From contig NW_026262734.1 in the NCBI RefSeq assembly GCF_021869535.1, forward strand, positions 15,438,001 through 15,502,000: a DNA stretch of 64,000 bases, given 5' to 3'. Of this stretch, positions 1-15,000 are shown piece by piece (the first letter of the stretch is position 1; each line of letters starts with the position of its first letter). The notes beneath the pieces are model-generated. The model was not told the DNA's origin. It was given only the letters and a program-made list of their open reading frames with translations, and did not search any database. The position numbers and the translations under genes are program-made. This DNA is from Mytilus californianus (lineage: Eukaryota).

Positions 1-3000
1 GTAGCATCCCTTTCTCTGGCCTAATCATAGACAACAAAATTGTAAGTACAAATCAGGGCTTCCAAAATTATTTTTAGCCAGCCGGACATTTTATATATTA
101 TCCCGATTTTAATCCCTTAAGACTAAATAAACAAAAGGCAATTATCGTATTCAGTTGCTGAGTTGGCCATCCCAATGATTGCCATTAAAAAAAAAAACGA
201 TATTAAACTTTCTTTGATTCAAATTCAAAGTTCTGACGTTAACTGTTAAATTGGCAGTGCATCATTCGAAGTGTGCAACATCAGCGTACTTATATCTGCC
301 TTAGACTCTTTATTTGTGCAAAATAACGTTGTCAATAAACTGCTTCGCTGAGCGCAGCTAGATACGCCCACTGAGGTCCAACCCTGAACAGTTGGGGCAA
401 AAATGGACACAATATTCAAGCTTGATTCAGGTCTGAATTTGGATTGTAATTAAATATTTGACATATTATAGGTTTCTGAATAAATGTAGTCTAAGAACTT
501 GAAATTGGTTATATGAATTGAATTTATATTCAATTAAAGATTTCTTGCTGTTGTGCAATACTTAGTAAATCTGTTGCCAGACTATAAACAATTAAAGTTC
601 AATTAATTCTCAATGTCATATTAGAAATTTATGAAAATAAAAAGGGAGCTTACATCAATAGATATAAACAATTCACCAAAGTTTCATGAGAATTGCTGAC
701 AGCATTTTTGAGTCCGAAAACTGGAAAATCACCCCTTTTTTTAATGAATAAAACCCCATAACTCAGAAATGTAAAGTGTAAAATTTATAAAATTCTAAGG
801 GGAGCTTACATCAATACATACAAACAATTCACCAAAGTTTCATAAGAATTGCTGAAAGTATTTTTGAGTTTTTGTCCGAAAACTGGAAAATCCCCCCTTT
901 TTTATGAATAAAACCCTGTAACTCGGAAACGTAAAATCTAAAATTTATAAAAATCAAAAGGGAGCTCATGTCAATAGATATAAACAATTCACCACAATTT
1001 CTTGCAAGTTGGTGAAAGCATTCCTGACTTATTGTCCGAAAACTGGAAAATCCCCCTTTTTTTAATGAATAAAACCCCATAACTCGGAAACGTAAATATC
1101 TAAATTTTATAAAAAAAGAAAGGGAGCTCACGTCAATAGATATAAGCAATTCACCAAAGTTTTATGCAAATTGGTTAAAGCATTTTTGAGTTAATGTCCG
1201 ACATGTTGACGACGGACAGACGGACGGACGGACAGAGGTATACCATAATACGTCCCGTAAACGGGCGTATAAAAACTTTACATTCGTTAAAATCTTTTAC
1301 CGGATGTTATCTTGACAATGGTAAAACATGGATCAGAGACGGATACGTAAATTCCGTGTACGTTTGCAAAGCATGAATGAGTGTACGTAGCTCTTTCTAC
1401 GTTATTTCTTCAAGAAAATATTCGAAATAAAAGTGAGATAAAGGTATCAATGACAATTTAAGCATTTTTTTTAAGAAATTAGGATGCATAATTAAATTTC
1501 ACACCTGCGCACACGTGTACTAGTTCAAACAGAGACATGTCTCTGGTTCAAACAACGTGGTTATGACGATTTTTCATTTTCACCTTTTTAATTTTTTCAT
1601 CAAATCATATTTGTAAACGTATTTCTGATAATTTTAATCTTTTTGACTAAATTAATTAGATGCAAACCGCTGAAATGTAAGAAGATAACTTTGAATAGAC
1701 CGATCAATGTCCGGTTCAAAATAGTTTTCCTGTCACCTGAACAGGTAAATTTCAGCTGTTCGACAACTAATTAGCCTTGATTAAAATGAGAAGGTATTAA
1801 AGTAGGGGTTGTTTTGATAGTACTTAATGATCATGTCACTTTTATGACCGGAAATGTGTGGCTGTTAAAGGCAAAAGGTTGGGTCAAAAAGATCGTGAAT
1901 TATGTTAATATGACCGTCTCTTAAGAAAGCCTTGTAAACTAAAAAGTAGATGACCGTTTCATGCTTTGCCCAGCCGGACTTTTACCGGACATTATACAAA
2001 TGTCCGGAATATATGACCGTTTTGGAAGCCTTGGTACAAATCTACATCTTAACAAATTATAAACTTGGTCAATGTCATTAAATGTCATTTTTTTTAGAGT
2101 AAACTTTACTGTAGAAAAATATTGCTTTAGCATTGTGCTTTTTAGCATCCAGTTTTCATTTGGGTCAGCTCCCTTTGATAAAGTTCTGATAGTGCAAATC
2201 AGCTCACTTGATCACTTTAGGAAATACTGCACTAAGTTTTATCTTATAAAAATCAGCAAACTATTGTAAAGTTTTTACTATAGCCTTAAAACTTGTGATT
2301 TTATTTTATATCAATGTATGCAAAATTTGTGTTGATGATTGAAAATTAATTTCTGTCCTCATTTGAAGCATCAGTGGACTGAGATTTAAACTATTCAGTA
2401 TTACTGAAAAGTCAACAAACAGAATATAATTTTAGGGTAGCTACTTAATAAATCCTAATAATCCCATCCCATATTCTAACACTAGATATGTAGCAAATTC
2501 TAAAATTTATGATCAATGCAATACAAAATTCTGTAAAACACAACAACTTTATACATATTTATTTATTTCAGTATATATCCTAGCATTACAGCAAGTATCA
2601 TAGAATAAAATCTGCCAACCAATAATTTCTTAGCTGATCTTTCCCTGTTACAAAGTTGAAGAGGGGATAAAATTCAAACAGATTATGTCCACTTCATTTT
2701 AACTTTGGTGGATAGTTGTCTCATTGGCAATCATACCACATCTCCTTATTTTTATATGACTCCATTCAATTTACTCTGGCTGGTTATACCAGTGTGCAAT
2801 GTTTTTTGTAAATGTTACTCTTGCCCTTATCACATGGTTTCTTACCTGAAGTTCTTAACAATAAGTTGTATTTCTGTTTAAATTGATCAAATGTTAATCT
2901 TACCCTGGTAATGGGGTTTTCATACTCCATTTTAAACGTTCTGGCTGTTCCTAACAATGAGCCTTGGTGTACAAAGTCAAACAATGCCCATAGTTCCTGA

Positions 3001-6000
3001 AAATAAACTTCCTTTTTATCACATTGACGAACATGTTTAGGTTACATTTAATTCATTTTCTATTTGATTTGATTTTATACTGGAAAGATATAACTTTAAA
3101 AAAAAATTCTACAAAAATAGATTTCTCCCTTTCTTTTTTAATTATTGACTTAAAGATGTGCCCTTTATATGTGACATCATCAGGCATGTTCGCCTATTTT
3201 CGTTACTTCACAATGAGAAATTCAGAGGAAAACATGAACATTTTACATCATAATTGAATTTTGACTAATGAGGAACTGAAATCAAATGAACCACTACTTA
3301 AAAGGTAAACTCACCTTCAAATTATTTTGTATCGGTGTCCCTGTTAGTATAATTCTATTCTTGGCAGGAATTGCATGGACACCTTTTGTAGTTTTTGTTG
3401 GATTCTTTATTTTGTGTCCTTCATCAAGGGCCACATAGTCCTGAAAAAAAAACCCTCAGATGTTCAAATTTCTACTGCCAATCAGAAATATTTTTTTAAC
3501 ATCAAAACTGGACTGGCTGCTTAAAACAACCACTGGTTGATGATGACACATGTTTCTACTTACCTGTATTAAAATTATAAATATGAACAGGCTACATTAT
3601 ATAAAATCAGCTAAAAATCCTGAAATTTCTTCATTTGTTTGATAATAAATAACACATCTAATTGATTGTTCCTTGCTTAAAGTCCACTTGCAAATATTTC
3701 ATGCATTATCAGGACAATAAATAAAAGGAAACAGTAACCTAATTTCACCAACAGCAAAAAAAAAAATTTTTTGTTTATTCTACATTGGCTAGAGGTATAG
3801 GGGAAGGGTTGAGATCTCACAAAACATGTTTAACCCAGCTGCATGTTTGCGCCTGTCCCAAGTCAGGAACCTATGGCCTTTGTTAGTCTTGTAAGTTTTT
3901 TAATGTTGGTTCATCTATTTGTTTCGGAGTTTAGTGTGACGTCCATTTTCTCTGAACTAGTACACATTTTTATTTAGGGGCGATTGAAGCCTGCCTACCG
4001 GGTGCGGGTATTCTCTCTGTGTTGAAGACCCATTGGTGGCCTTCGGATGTTTTCTGCTCTTTGGTTGGGTTGTTGTCTCTTTGACACATTCCCCGTTTCC
4101 ATTCTCAATTTTATTATAGAGGTTAACATACAGGTTAGTCGGTAATAAGTTTGTTTTCTGTTGTTATAAGTGATTTTTAACTATGACATTTTGATACTAC
4201 CATGAGGTTTCATTACATTAGTTTTTTATCCTATTCTTCAACTACAATCAACTCATATTTCACAGATGTAGCTGACTAATTTGTTTTTCTTATGCTTTAT
4301 ATTTTTCAAATTAGTAATAAAAAAAATATCTAAATATCCTGATAACTGACAATCCAAAATTCTAGTTATAAGTTGTAAACAATGGTGGTCATAAGTGTAC
4401 CTAAACAAGAGTTCAAAGCTATCTGAATTTTGATTAAATCACCTTCAGATGACAAGACAAAATGTCTTAGAATATCAACAAAAGATCAATATTTACCCAT
4501 ACAAACTCTCTTCCATCTTGTTTTCCAATAACTTCTGAGCTAGTGACTACCAGTCCATAAGATGTCAGGAGAACTCCTCCCCGTCTTTGTACTTTACCAA
4601 GAGCTCTTTCCTTTTCCTTCTTACTACTACCATGGTAAGCTTCTACTCTTATACCTGGTGCCCTAAAACAGTTATTACAAGAATAAAAGGAGATATAAAT
4701 GTCATAGCCAGAAACCCAACAACAGAAAAATCAATAGACATCTAGAAGTCAACATAATATCTTCAACAATATGTCCACCTCTTAAGTCGTCCAAAGTGTA
4801 GAAAATGAATATACATATTGATGGAACAAAAGGCTTCAATAACTTTCTATCAACTATCTGCCATTTATTCATAATATTAGGGCTTTTCATAGATTACAAA
4901 AGTCATCATATATTGGCAGTTAAAAGGGCTTTGAAGTACGAATACCAATATGAATACTTTATCAAACCAATTGTCTCCCATAAAGGGTATGTTACATATA
5001 ATGATTACAAATAGACATAAGTAAAGAAACAACAATGATGTGGCTTATGATAATAGGGATTTAAATATTGCAGTTGTTTTCTTATTGTAAAACATTTATA
5101 ACAAATCAAAGCCACAGTGCTGAATATTCCTTCATGTTCACAAGAAAGAAGCCAAATAAATCTGTTTTCTGTATTTAGATTTTGAAATCATTACACATTT
5201 TTAAAGCAGAATTTATCATAACTTGTCATTGTTGTTCGAATACAGGACATTGCATCAGAAAAGGATTTCATCTTCAATTGAATTTCAAGAACAAAATTTA
5301 CAATTTTTTTTTATCTTTGTCAATCTTTCTATATAACAACCATGTCAATAGCTAATTTATGAGCACTAATTCTCATTTGTGTGAGGTGCTTTATAGTTTA
5401 AAATTTCTGTAAATACTACACAAAAAGGTTCACAGAATGTTTTTTCCAAGTTTAAGGGGGAAAATCACTAAATCAATCATTCAGGCAAAATTTTGACATG
5501 TTATTTATGTACCTGGTTTAACCATGCATGTATGAGGCACATTTTTTTTTCTAAATGTTGAAGGAAAAACATATATGTAGCAAGGATGATGTGTAAAGGG
5601 TGAGACATTCTTAAATAAATTGCCCCTAACAAAGCAATAAATTCTACTTGATTCCATATTCATAAAAGAACACAGCTTGCTATGCAGTATAGGTTTTGCT
5701 CATTACAATAGACCATATGGTGACCTATAGTTGCTGACCTTCTACATCATTTGGTTGCTGGTGGAGAGTTGTCTCAATGGCAACCATAACACATTTTCTT
5801 ATTTTTATAGTTCCCATGTTCTGCATAACATATATATAAGTGAGTAAAATTTTATTTGTTTAAAAATATTGAAAATAGTTTTGTTTTTCCATACAATTTG
5901 ATTATAAGTGTAAATAGTGAACTGTTCTTTAAGGGTATGCATACAATAAATAAAATATTACCATTTTTGGAATTCTTTTTCCCAGTTAACAATAAGAGAG

Positions 6001-9000
6001 ACTGGCATAACAATGAGTACCGACTTGACTTTGTCCATATCAAACAATCCTGACAGGAATGATATTACCTGTATAGTCTTACCAAGTCTGAAAAATAAAC
6101 CAACAATCCTCACAGGAATAATATTACCTTATAGTCTTACCAAGTCTGAAAAATAAACCAACAATCCTGACAGGAATGATATTATTACCTGTATTGTCTT
6201 ACCAAGTCTGAAAAATAAACCAACAATCCTGACAGGAATGATATTACCTGTATAGTCTTACCAAGTCTGAAAAATAAACCAACAATCCTGACAGGAATGA
6301 TATTATTACCTGTATAGTCTTACCAAGTCTGAAAAATAAACCAACAAACCTGACAGGAATGATATTACCTGTATTGTCTTACCAAGTCTGAAAAATAAAC
6401 CAACAATCCTGACAGGAATGATATTACCTGTATAGTCTTACCAAGTCTGAAAAATAAATCAACAATCCTGACAGGAATGATATTACCTGTAAAGGCTTAC
6501 CAAGTCTGAAAAATTAAACCAACAATCCTGACAGGAATGATATTACCTTATAGTCTTACCAAGTCTGAAAAATAAACTCACAATCCTGACAGGAATGATA
6601 ATACCTGTAAAGGCTTACCAAGTCTAAAAAATAAACCAACAATCATTCTTTACACTGTGAAAGTATGTCTATCAGTGGAATATCAATTAGTGGATAGTGT
6701 GTCGTAACGGTTAACCCTATGTATATATTCGGTTGTTGGTTAGTTCCAAATGAAATAATTTTCATTGAACCAATGATTTTTATAACATTGGAATAGGCAA
6801 ATAAAATATCTTTCACAATATTAAATACTGCATGAAGACTCTGTGTTGCAAACATTGCTGAAAATACTCCTCACATTTGTACAATTTTCAAATCTATCTG
6901 GTAATCATGGTAATACTGTCATAAGGCATTTTTCTAAATCCAGACAAAAACTTATTTTTCTGCAAAACACATCAAATATTAAGCCTTAATATGTTAATTT
7001 GTAGTTTAACCACATCTCTTTTACTGTTATCTATTTGAAAAAAATCTGCATTGCTTCCCATTACATTAGTTTATCAAAACAGTGAAAAATTGTTGCTTTA
7101 CATAGTCATGATTATAAGTAGCTATTCAACAAATAATCTCAGCTAAAATCAAAGAATAGAGTCAACATTTAAATAAGTTCATTCTAAGCAATACATGAAA
7201 TTCTTAAAACATAACAAATAAAATTAATGAAGGTGAGCCCTATCTTTTATGAATAGTTGATGAGATTAATAAATTGGTTGATTTTAAATGTCCAGTGGTA
7301 AATATAACATGCATCTTTAGATCTACATGCTGAGTCAGTTTTTTTAAAGTGATAGATTACAAGGAAATGGTATACAGGAAGATATTTTTGAACAATTTAA
7401 CCAAGCTCTGAGCTGACCAACTTTGTTTTCCTCTAAATACTGTTAGCTTGATTGATGAGAAGTTAAATACCAATTTGAAGTCTTTGGTTTGACCCACTAA
7501 TTCCTACACTTGAGATTAACACACAACTACAGGGGCAGTAAAGATTGATGACCATATCACTGTCAATCTCCTGACCAAAGAAGAAATCATTCATTCCATT
7601 TTTTGGAAGAATGGATAAATGAACTGACAGACAAAGTGAATAACCCAGTGGTGCTATAAATAATAAAAAAAATATCTCCTCAGAAAAGGAACAAGATATT
7701 GTTTTACCAGTAACTCTAATTGCCTGCTCCAGAGTAATAATCTCATTCTATTAGAAACTATTTTCTATATGAATAATCTCAAAACAAATTTACCCCATAT
7801 CATCACCAAGAATTCCTCCCTTTCGCTTCTTGTGTAAACCCCACATCCATAAAACAGCCTCTTTCTGATGATCATATAACTTTTCAAACAACTCTTTGTA
7901 CATGAAATAACCATTCCCAACATGCACCATTCCATTATTCTCCTCGTCATTGCCTTCTTCTTCATTTCCATGTTCTTTCAGGTATTGCTGAAAGAAAAAA
8001 AAATGTGTTTCAACTTATCAAATTTTTGGTCAGTGTAAAAAAACTATTAACTGACTTATTGCAATATTTAACAATCATGTATTTACCAATATAATTACTT
8101 TTCTCTACTTTTTTCAATCACCAAACAGTTCCAATTTTACGAAAAAAAATATGATGTAAAAAGTGTTGTCTTCACAGCTTTTTCTTGCAGAAAAAGATCT
8201 TTGTTTATCATGTTTATTGCAAGGAAATTTAAAATCCCTTGTGTAATCATCATGATTTCTAAAATGGGTTAAGAAAATTTTAACAAGTTCAATGCTTATT
8301 ACTCATATGTGTATTTATATAGGCATTCAGAGCTCACAAAACCTACCACATTTAGTATATGCCTGTCCATAGTCAGGAACCTGTAATTTGGTAGGTGCTG
8401 TTGGTTACTGTGTATCACATTTGTTTTTTCGTTTGTTGTCTTGTAAATGGCAGGGCATTTAAAAGCTTACTATACAGTATGGGTTTTACTATTTGTTGAA
8501 GGTTGTACTGTGACCTATAGTTGCATTCATCTATGTCATTTGGTCTCTGGTGGATAGTTGTTTCATTGGCAATCATACTGCATTGTCTAATTTTTATATT
8601 GTAGTTCTGAGAAAAATTATATTAGAAGTTATAATTCGAACAAATCATGTTTTCAGTTGTTTATTTTCTTAAAATCCTGTCATAGCCTGTCTGAAAACTT
8701 CAGCATTATCAATCTTATAATATGGTGAATTTTTAGGCATGACATATTTACTTAACTCTTACGAAAATTTCTTAATTCAATCTTACTTCCATTTTAGCAA
8801 CTTTCTTTGCTAATTTTTCACTGTGGCAGATGGTTAATGCTTGTCTATTTAAATCCAGAGCAGCTTTGACTTTTCCGTCACCAATGAGCTGTTTGGCCTC
8901 CAGAACAAGCTTGTTAAATTTGTCCTGTTCATTCTGATTATTCTGTGATTTTCCTGGTGTCTTTGTGACACTTGGTTTGATGTCTCCATTTGAACTTTGT

Positions 9001-12000
9001 TCTACAATCAGACATTATTATCTTGAGAATGGATTAATAATTCCCACTATATCTTGTAAACCTTCTATCTTATGTAAATCAACAATATATCATAATTTTC
9101 CCCAAAATTCTAAATGCGACAAGAATGCACATGTTGTCATGATAAGCATACATGTACATCCACTCGTAATTCTAAGTATTGGAAACAGGAAGTAGGTGTC
9201 TGATAAAAGCACCTACACATTACAACTCATTACTATCAAGCTACTGACCCTAATATGAAGTCAGTCATTTTCTTTGGTAATTTTTAAAAAAATTGTGAGA
9301 AAAATATTTGTTTTCATTCAAGTCATGTTAAATCAAAATATCTACAAACAATAAGTAGGTGTCCCACAGATCCAAAATACTCTCACATATTACTACACGT
9401 CATTGGCAAGCTGATAAGTCATTCTGTTCAGTAATACTGGAGAAATGTGTAACCTAAATTTTTAAGTTCATTCAACATATTGAAATATATAAAGTATTGA
9501 CAAATAAAAAGTTTGTGTCTGACAGATCCCAAAAGTGTTCACACTTTATAACTCAACATTGTCAAGATGGTGACCAAATATGAAAGTATTTGTATAGCAT
9601 TTCCTATGAAAAGTGTGACAGAAATAGGTGTAGGATAAAAAGAGGGATGAACAAGGTGATTGCATTATAGCCCCACTTTTAGAGTAGGAATATAAAAAGT
9701 GGGGGCTATAATAAATCCTTTTATGACAATGTGCATGCATGTTCATAAAAGATATATAAAAATAAGAAGATGTGTGGTATGATTGCCAATGAGACAACTC
9801 TCCACAAGAGACCAAATGACACAAAAATTAACAACTATAGGTCACTGTACTGCCTTCGACAATGAGTAAAACCCATACCACATAGTCAGCTATAAAAGGC
9901 CCCGAAATGACAAATGTAAAACAATTCAAACGTGAAAACTAACGGCCTGATTTATGTACAAAATAATGAATGAAAAACAAACATGACACAAAAAACAAAC
10001 GACAACCACTGAATTACAGGCTCCTGACTTAGGACAGGCACATACAGAATGTGGCGGGGTTAAACTAGTTTGAAGGCGTGCTAACCCTCCCTCTAACCTG
10101 GGACAGTGGTGTAACAGTACAACATAAGAACAAACTATAAAAATCAGTTGAAAAGGGCTTAACTTATCAGATCGATACAAAGTAGAAATAGCAGTCAATA
10201 AGTTTGATCCATAACAGTATTTCAAACAAGATCATGTGATGTATATCAAAAAGATCATGTGATGTATCTCAAACAAGATCATGTGATGTATTTCAAACAA
10301 GATCATGGGATGTATCTCAAACAAGATCATGTGATGTATCTCTAACAAGATCATGTGATGTATCTCTAACAAGATCATGTGATCTTTTATTCATTTTATT
10401 TATCACTTAATGGCTTACCTGTGTTATTTACTTCTGCTTCATTTTCATAGTTTTCTTTGATATATGCCTGGAAATTAAAGTATGTTAATGATTTTAAAAT
10501 GTATATGTATACTGGTGTTTTTAGAAAGTATTATTAAATTTATTGTTTTACATCCAATAGCCCATTTACTCTACATATCAATATACATTATTGTTTAGGG
10601 GCCAGCTGAAGCCAGTCTATGGGTGCAGGATTTTCTCCATGCGTTGAAGACCTACTGGTGGCCTTGGGCTTTTTACTGTTCTTTGGTCGGGTTGTTGTCT
10701 CTTTGATACATTCAGCATTTCCATTCTTTATTCTATTTAAAACTGCTTTCCATTTACATTTATTGAGAAACACTTGTAATTTTTAGACCCTTCACCAAAA
10801 GAAAAATTTTATATATGTATTACATACATGTGACAATAAGAATTCACACTTCTACAATACATGTATATAAAATAAAAAAATAATCAAAATGTGTATTTTC
10901 CTTGTTCTAGATAGATCCTATGTACATGTAGTAATCTAAAAAACTAGGAAATAAAAAGTATATATAATTATTTATTAAATGATATGAATAAATCAGCCAT
11001 AATACGAATATGATAGGTGTTTTATTGTGATCATATGCAAATACTTGCTCAAATCCTTATCAGTGTATCAAACTGTAAATATTTCAAAACCAGATATCCA
11101 ATGATACTCACCTCTGGAGCCACAAATTATATCATTTCTTTATTTCATTTAGGCAGTATGCCTGTAAGTGTAACTTAACAGTATCCATTTTCCATAAAAA
11201 GTTTCAGATGTTTTATTGGTTTTCTTAGAGAATAAACATTTCATATTTTTATTATTTATCATTATACACAGCTAAATATTCTAAAGATACACAAAACGGT
11301 CACACTATATATCAAGATGAAGTCTCGAGTGAAAAAAAAAATTACAGAAAAAAGAATGTGAAAAAAGTAGACTATTAAAAATAAGAAATCAAAATATGAC
11401 AGAGACATCCATCTCTATAAAATGCATAACAAGCATGGACTATTGTCAAATTGTTCAAAATATGCGGAGAAATAAAACAAAACATCACTTTTTCGATTTT
11501 TACAGGTTTGTAGTTAAGCATGGGTTCAATTTAGGTATTCCTAATTAGACAATTTTGGATCTTATGAAGGTCAGTTCAAACCAATTTTTCTATGATGCAG
11601 TATGGATTCAAAACTAAATTTGTGAAACAAAATAGAAAATGAGGATACATCTACCAAAATACACAGGATGTAAACTTTTGTCTGTTTCTTAAATAAATGA
11701 AGGAGAAAAACTGTCAAAATGGGTGCAATTGGGTACCTCACATTAAAGTTTCATGGTGTTGGGCTTTTAGTATTTTATTTATCTGCAACACACAGATACA
11801 CAAATAGACTAATTTACAAAATAATACAGTGATATCACTTCCAACCACTTTTAAATCAGTACCTCAATCTTTGATATTTTCTTTGTCAACTTTTCACTGC
11901 TATAGATTTTTACTGCCTCTCGATATAATTCTAGAGCACCTTTTAAGTTGCCTTCGTCAGTGTATAGTTTTGCTGTTTGAACAAGTTGATTGAAATTCTC

Positions 12001-15000
12001 TTGATCCTCCTGGGAAACAGATTTTTTCTTTGGTGTCTCTGAAGGAACATTGGATTTTTCTTTATTTGATGGCTTGTGTTCTGAAACAAAATAAACAACT
12101 TGTAATTCAGTGTATTTAGTAATTTTAAAAAATAATAAATTTACATTAAAAAAATTTATTGCCCCGACATGCATGCCCCCTGTGCCCCCCGTAAATCTGA
12201 AAATGAATATAAATCTAAATTTGCTATTATTAACATGTCTAAGACTAAATGTGTTTTTATAAAGCAGAAAAATGTTTATTTTTGACTGCTGTGTCATTGT
12301 CCAGTTTTGGGGTATTGTTTTTGTTAATCAGGATATTGCAAAAAGCAGTCCTTTCATGAATAAATTGCACATATAAAACTTCTGGTGAAAAATGGAAAAA
12401 AAATATAGACTTACTGTCACACTAAAAATTTGGACCAACATCATAAAAACCTATATATTGATTTCATATTCCATGAAGTATATTATATTAAAGTGTAAAT
12501 GTGTACAATACCTTCAGTAACCTTTTGTTCACTTAAAAATGTCTCTCCTTCTGTTTCCTTTAAATAAATCTGTAATAGAGAACATATGTGTCAATGTACT
12601 TCAGACAGAAAATAAGAGAAACACTTTTGACAAACATAAATCTGAAAGTCATCTGGATATGAAAGTTAAAAACACAGATGAAGTTTAAGAGTATAATATA
12701 TTTAAGGTACATGTAAGTGATAAAGAATATATGCATATAAAGTATTTATCCATTCTTTCCATCTTTCCAGCTTTATCCAGGTGGTGTTTTTCAAGTTTCC
12801 ATTTTACAAAAAGAAATCTGAAGTAAATAAATATTCCCCATTTCCATTCTCAATTCTATGTCTCACCTTTATGTGATTTTGATAATATAATGCAATAATT
12901 GAAATTAAAGTACAAACACTTGAACATGTAAACTTTGCAAAACATTCCAAGTCAATGCACCATGACTGAATGGGCAAGGCAAAAAAAACTCTGTGAAAAT
13001 GAGAAATGCCAAATTGAATGTTTATATAACTACATACCAAATAACATTGACTTATCATAAGAGGTTCCATTTAAACAGACCTTAACACAAACTAACAATA
13101 AACTATGCAAAAATTTCAAAGTCAATGAACCATGATGAGGCAGCTGGACCAAAATATCTTAATGGAAATACAGTAAGATGTGCCAATGCAAATACAAAGG
13201 CATATCAAATATCATTGACCTTATCACAAACTAATACATTGTTGACTCCACAGCCTCCAACGACACCTCTGGAAACAGCATGCCTAAGTCTCGCTCTTTC
13301 AATTTTGTTGAGGTGGGATAAAAATCACTTACTGACATTTTCACTTACTGCTGGCCATGACAGATGGTTATTTTATAAAAGTGATGTCCATTCTGATGTC
13401 CCTATGCAAAATCCATAAAGGTGGTTTTAATTCTTTCAAAAAACTGTTCTCAAACTTCAAGTTCCCATGAAATTCCACATTTTTAAAATTATCTAAATGA
13501 GTTAAACAGAAGCCCATTGTCTCTATTTTCATCCTGATAACAAGTTAAAGAATGATAGTAAAGTAAAAGAATTTTAACAGTTTGTTAACTAAATTACTTC
13601 AATCTTGGCTATTTTCTTAGCCAGTTTGTCATGGTTTGGGTTTATTTTCAAAGCTTCTCTATACAGTTCTAAAGCATCTTTTATTTTGCCCTCATCTGTG
13701 TACAGCTTGGCAGTCTGAACAAGCTGGTCGAATATTTCTTTATTATCTTCTGAAATGTTTTCTTTAAATGGAGTTCCTCCTATTGACTCTGGTTTTGTTT
13801 CTAAAAATATAAAAAAATAATCTATTTGGTAAACCAATCTATGTACACATTTTTAATGCATATTAAATTCTAAAAAAGTATTGCTAAAAATAGTTATCAC
13901 AGCAGCCATAAAAACTGAACTTGATTTATAACAATATTTAATTACTCAATTAAATTTTGTTATGTCAGATTCTTAAACAGCCGTAAATTATATTTGTGCA
14001 TATTTGGTGATAAAAAAATTAAGATTGTGCGTAGTATTTTATCACATTTGTGCATATCCATTTTACAGGTAACACAGGTAAATACAGGTATATAGATTAT
14101 TCATAACAAATAAGTCAATTTTTAAAATTTTGAATATTGAATGAATTATGTTTAATATTTTTCATAATGAGGACATAAATCCCAGTCATTTAATATTACA
14201 AAGTAATAAGGAAACCTGTAAGATTTAAGGTTTCATATGACTAGTTTTTATATTTCCAGGATTTGGTGCTTTTTTGACTGAATGATTGTGGCCAATGTAA
14301 CAAAAAGATGTGTGAAAATGTAATTGTAATGCATGTCAATGTAATACACCACTTAAATCTATTATTCTTACCTTCTTTTGTTGCATCAACATCATCATCA
14401 GTTCTATGATTTGTTTGCTCCTCATTTTGTTTTAAATATACCTGGAATATTAAAAACAAAATCATTAAAAGTTAACCAATAAGAGTGCTTCACAAGAAAT
14501 CTTGACAAACATTTTAACACACATGCTGCTAGCTATTTGTGAACAGATGACTTAAATTATTATTTAGTAGTATGATCTTAAAAACAGTCGAAATTACCAT
14601 GGAATTATCTGCAACATCCCTAGATAAGCTGGCTTTACAAGCAAACTGTCACTTCCATAAGAGTTTCTAATTCTTTAAAATGTGAAAAAAAAATTTGGGA
14701 AAGTTCCCACATTTATTTTAGTATATTTTTGATAGCTTTTCATTTATAAACCGATTGTGTCAAATCAAAATGCTTGTCAATTGAAAGGGCTTCAACATAT
14801 TAATTTAATGAAATAAATTCTCTGGTCATCATCTGTTTGGCAATAAGTTTTCTTTAGATTTTAACACAGTTAATTTTATTTTCTTAATTTTTTAAAGTCA
14901 GCCATAAAGTTTTTATTTTTTATTTTATAATGAAAAACATTGTTTCCTGATTTTTTTATTTACGTTTATAGATTATTATTTTTAATATAGTTCTCATCAA

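Noticed and set aside
829-1149. 106-aa ORF
   Set aside because: It lies wholly within the tandem repeats of the nested HINE.
6087-6623. Array of functional 5 nt or 19 nt micro-exons
   Set aside because: The unit is simply the start of the Walker A exon, whose GTAAGA and GTAATA are codons. Including either micro-exon shifts the frame.
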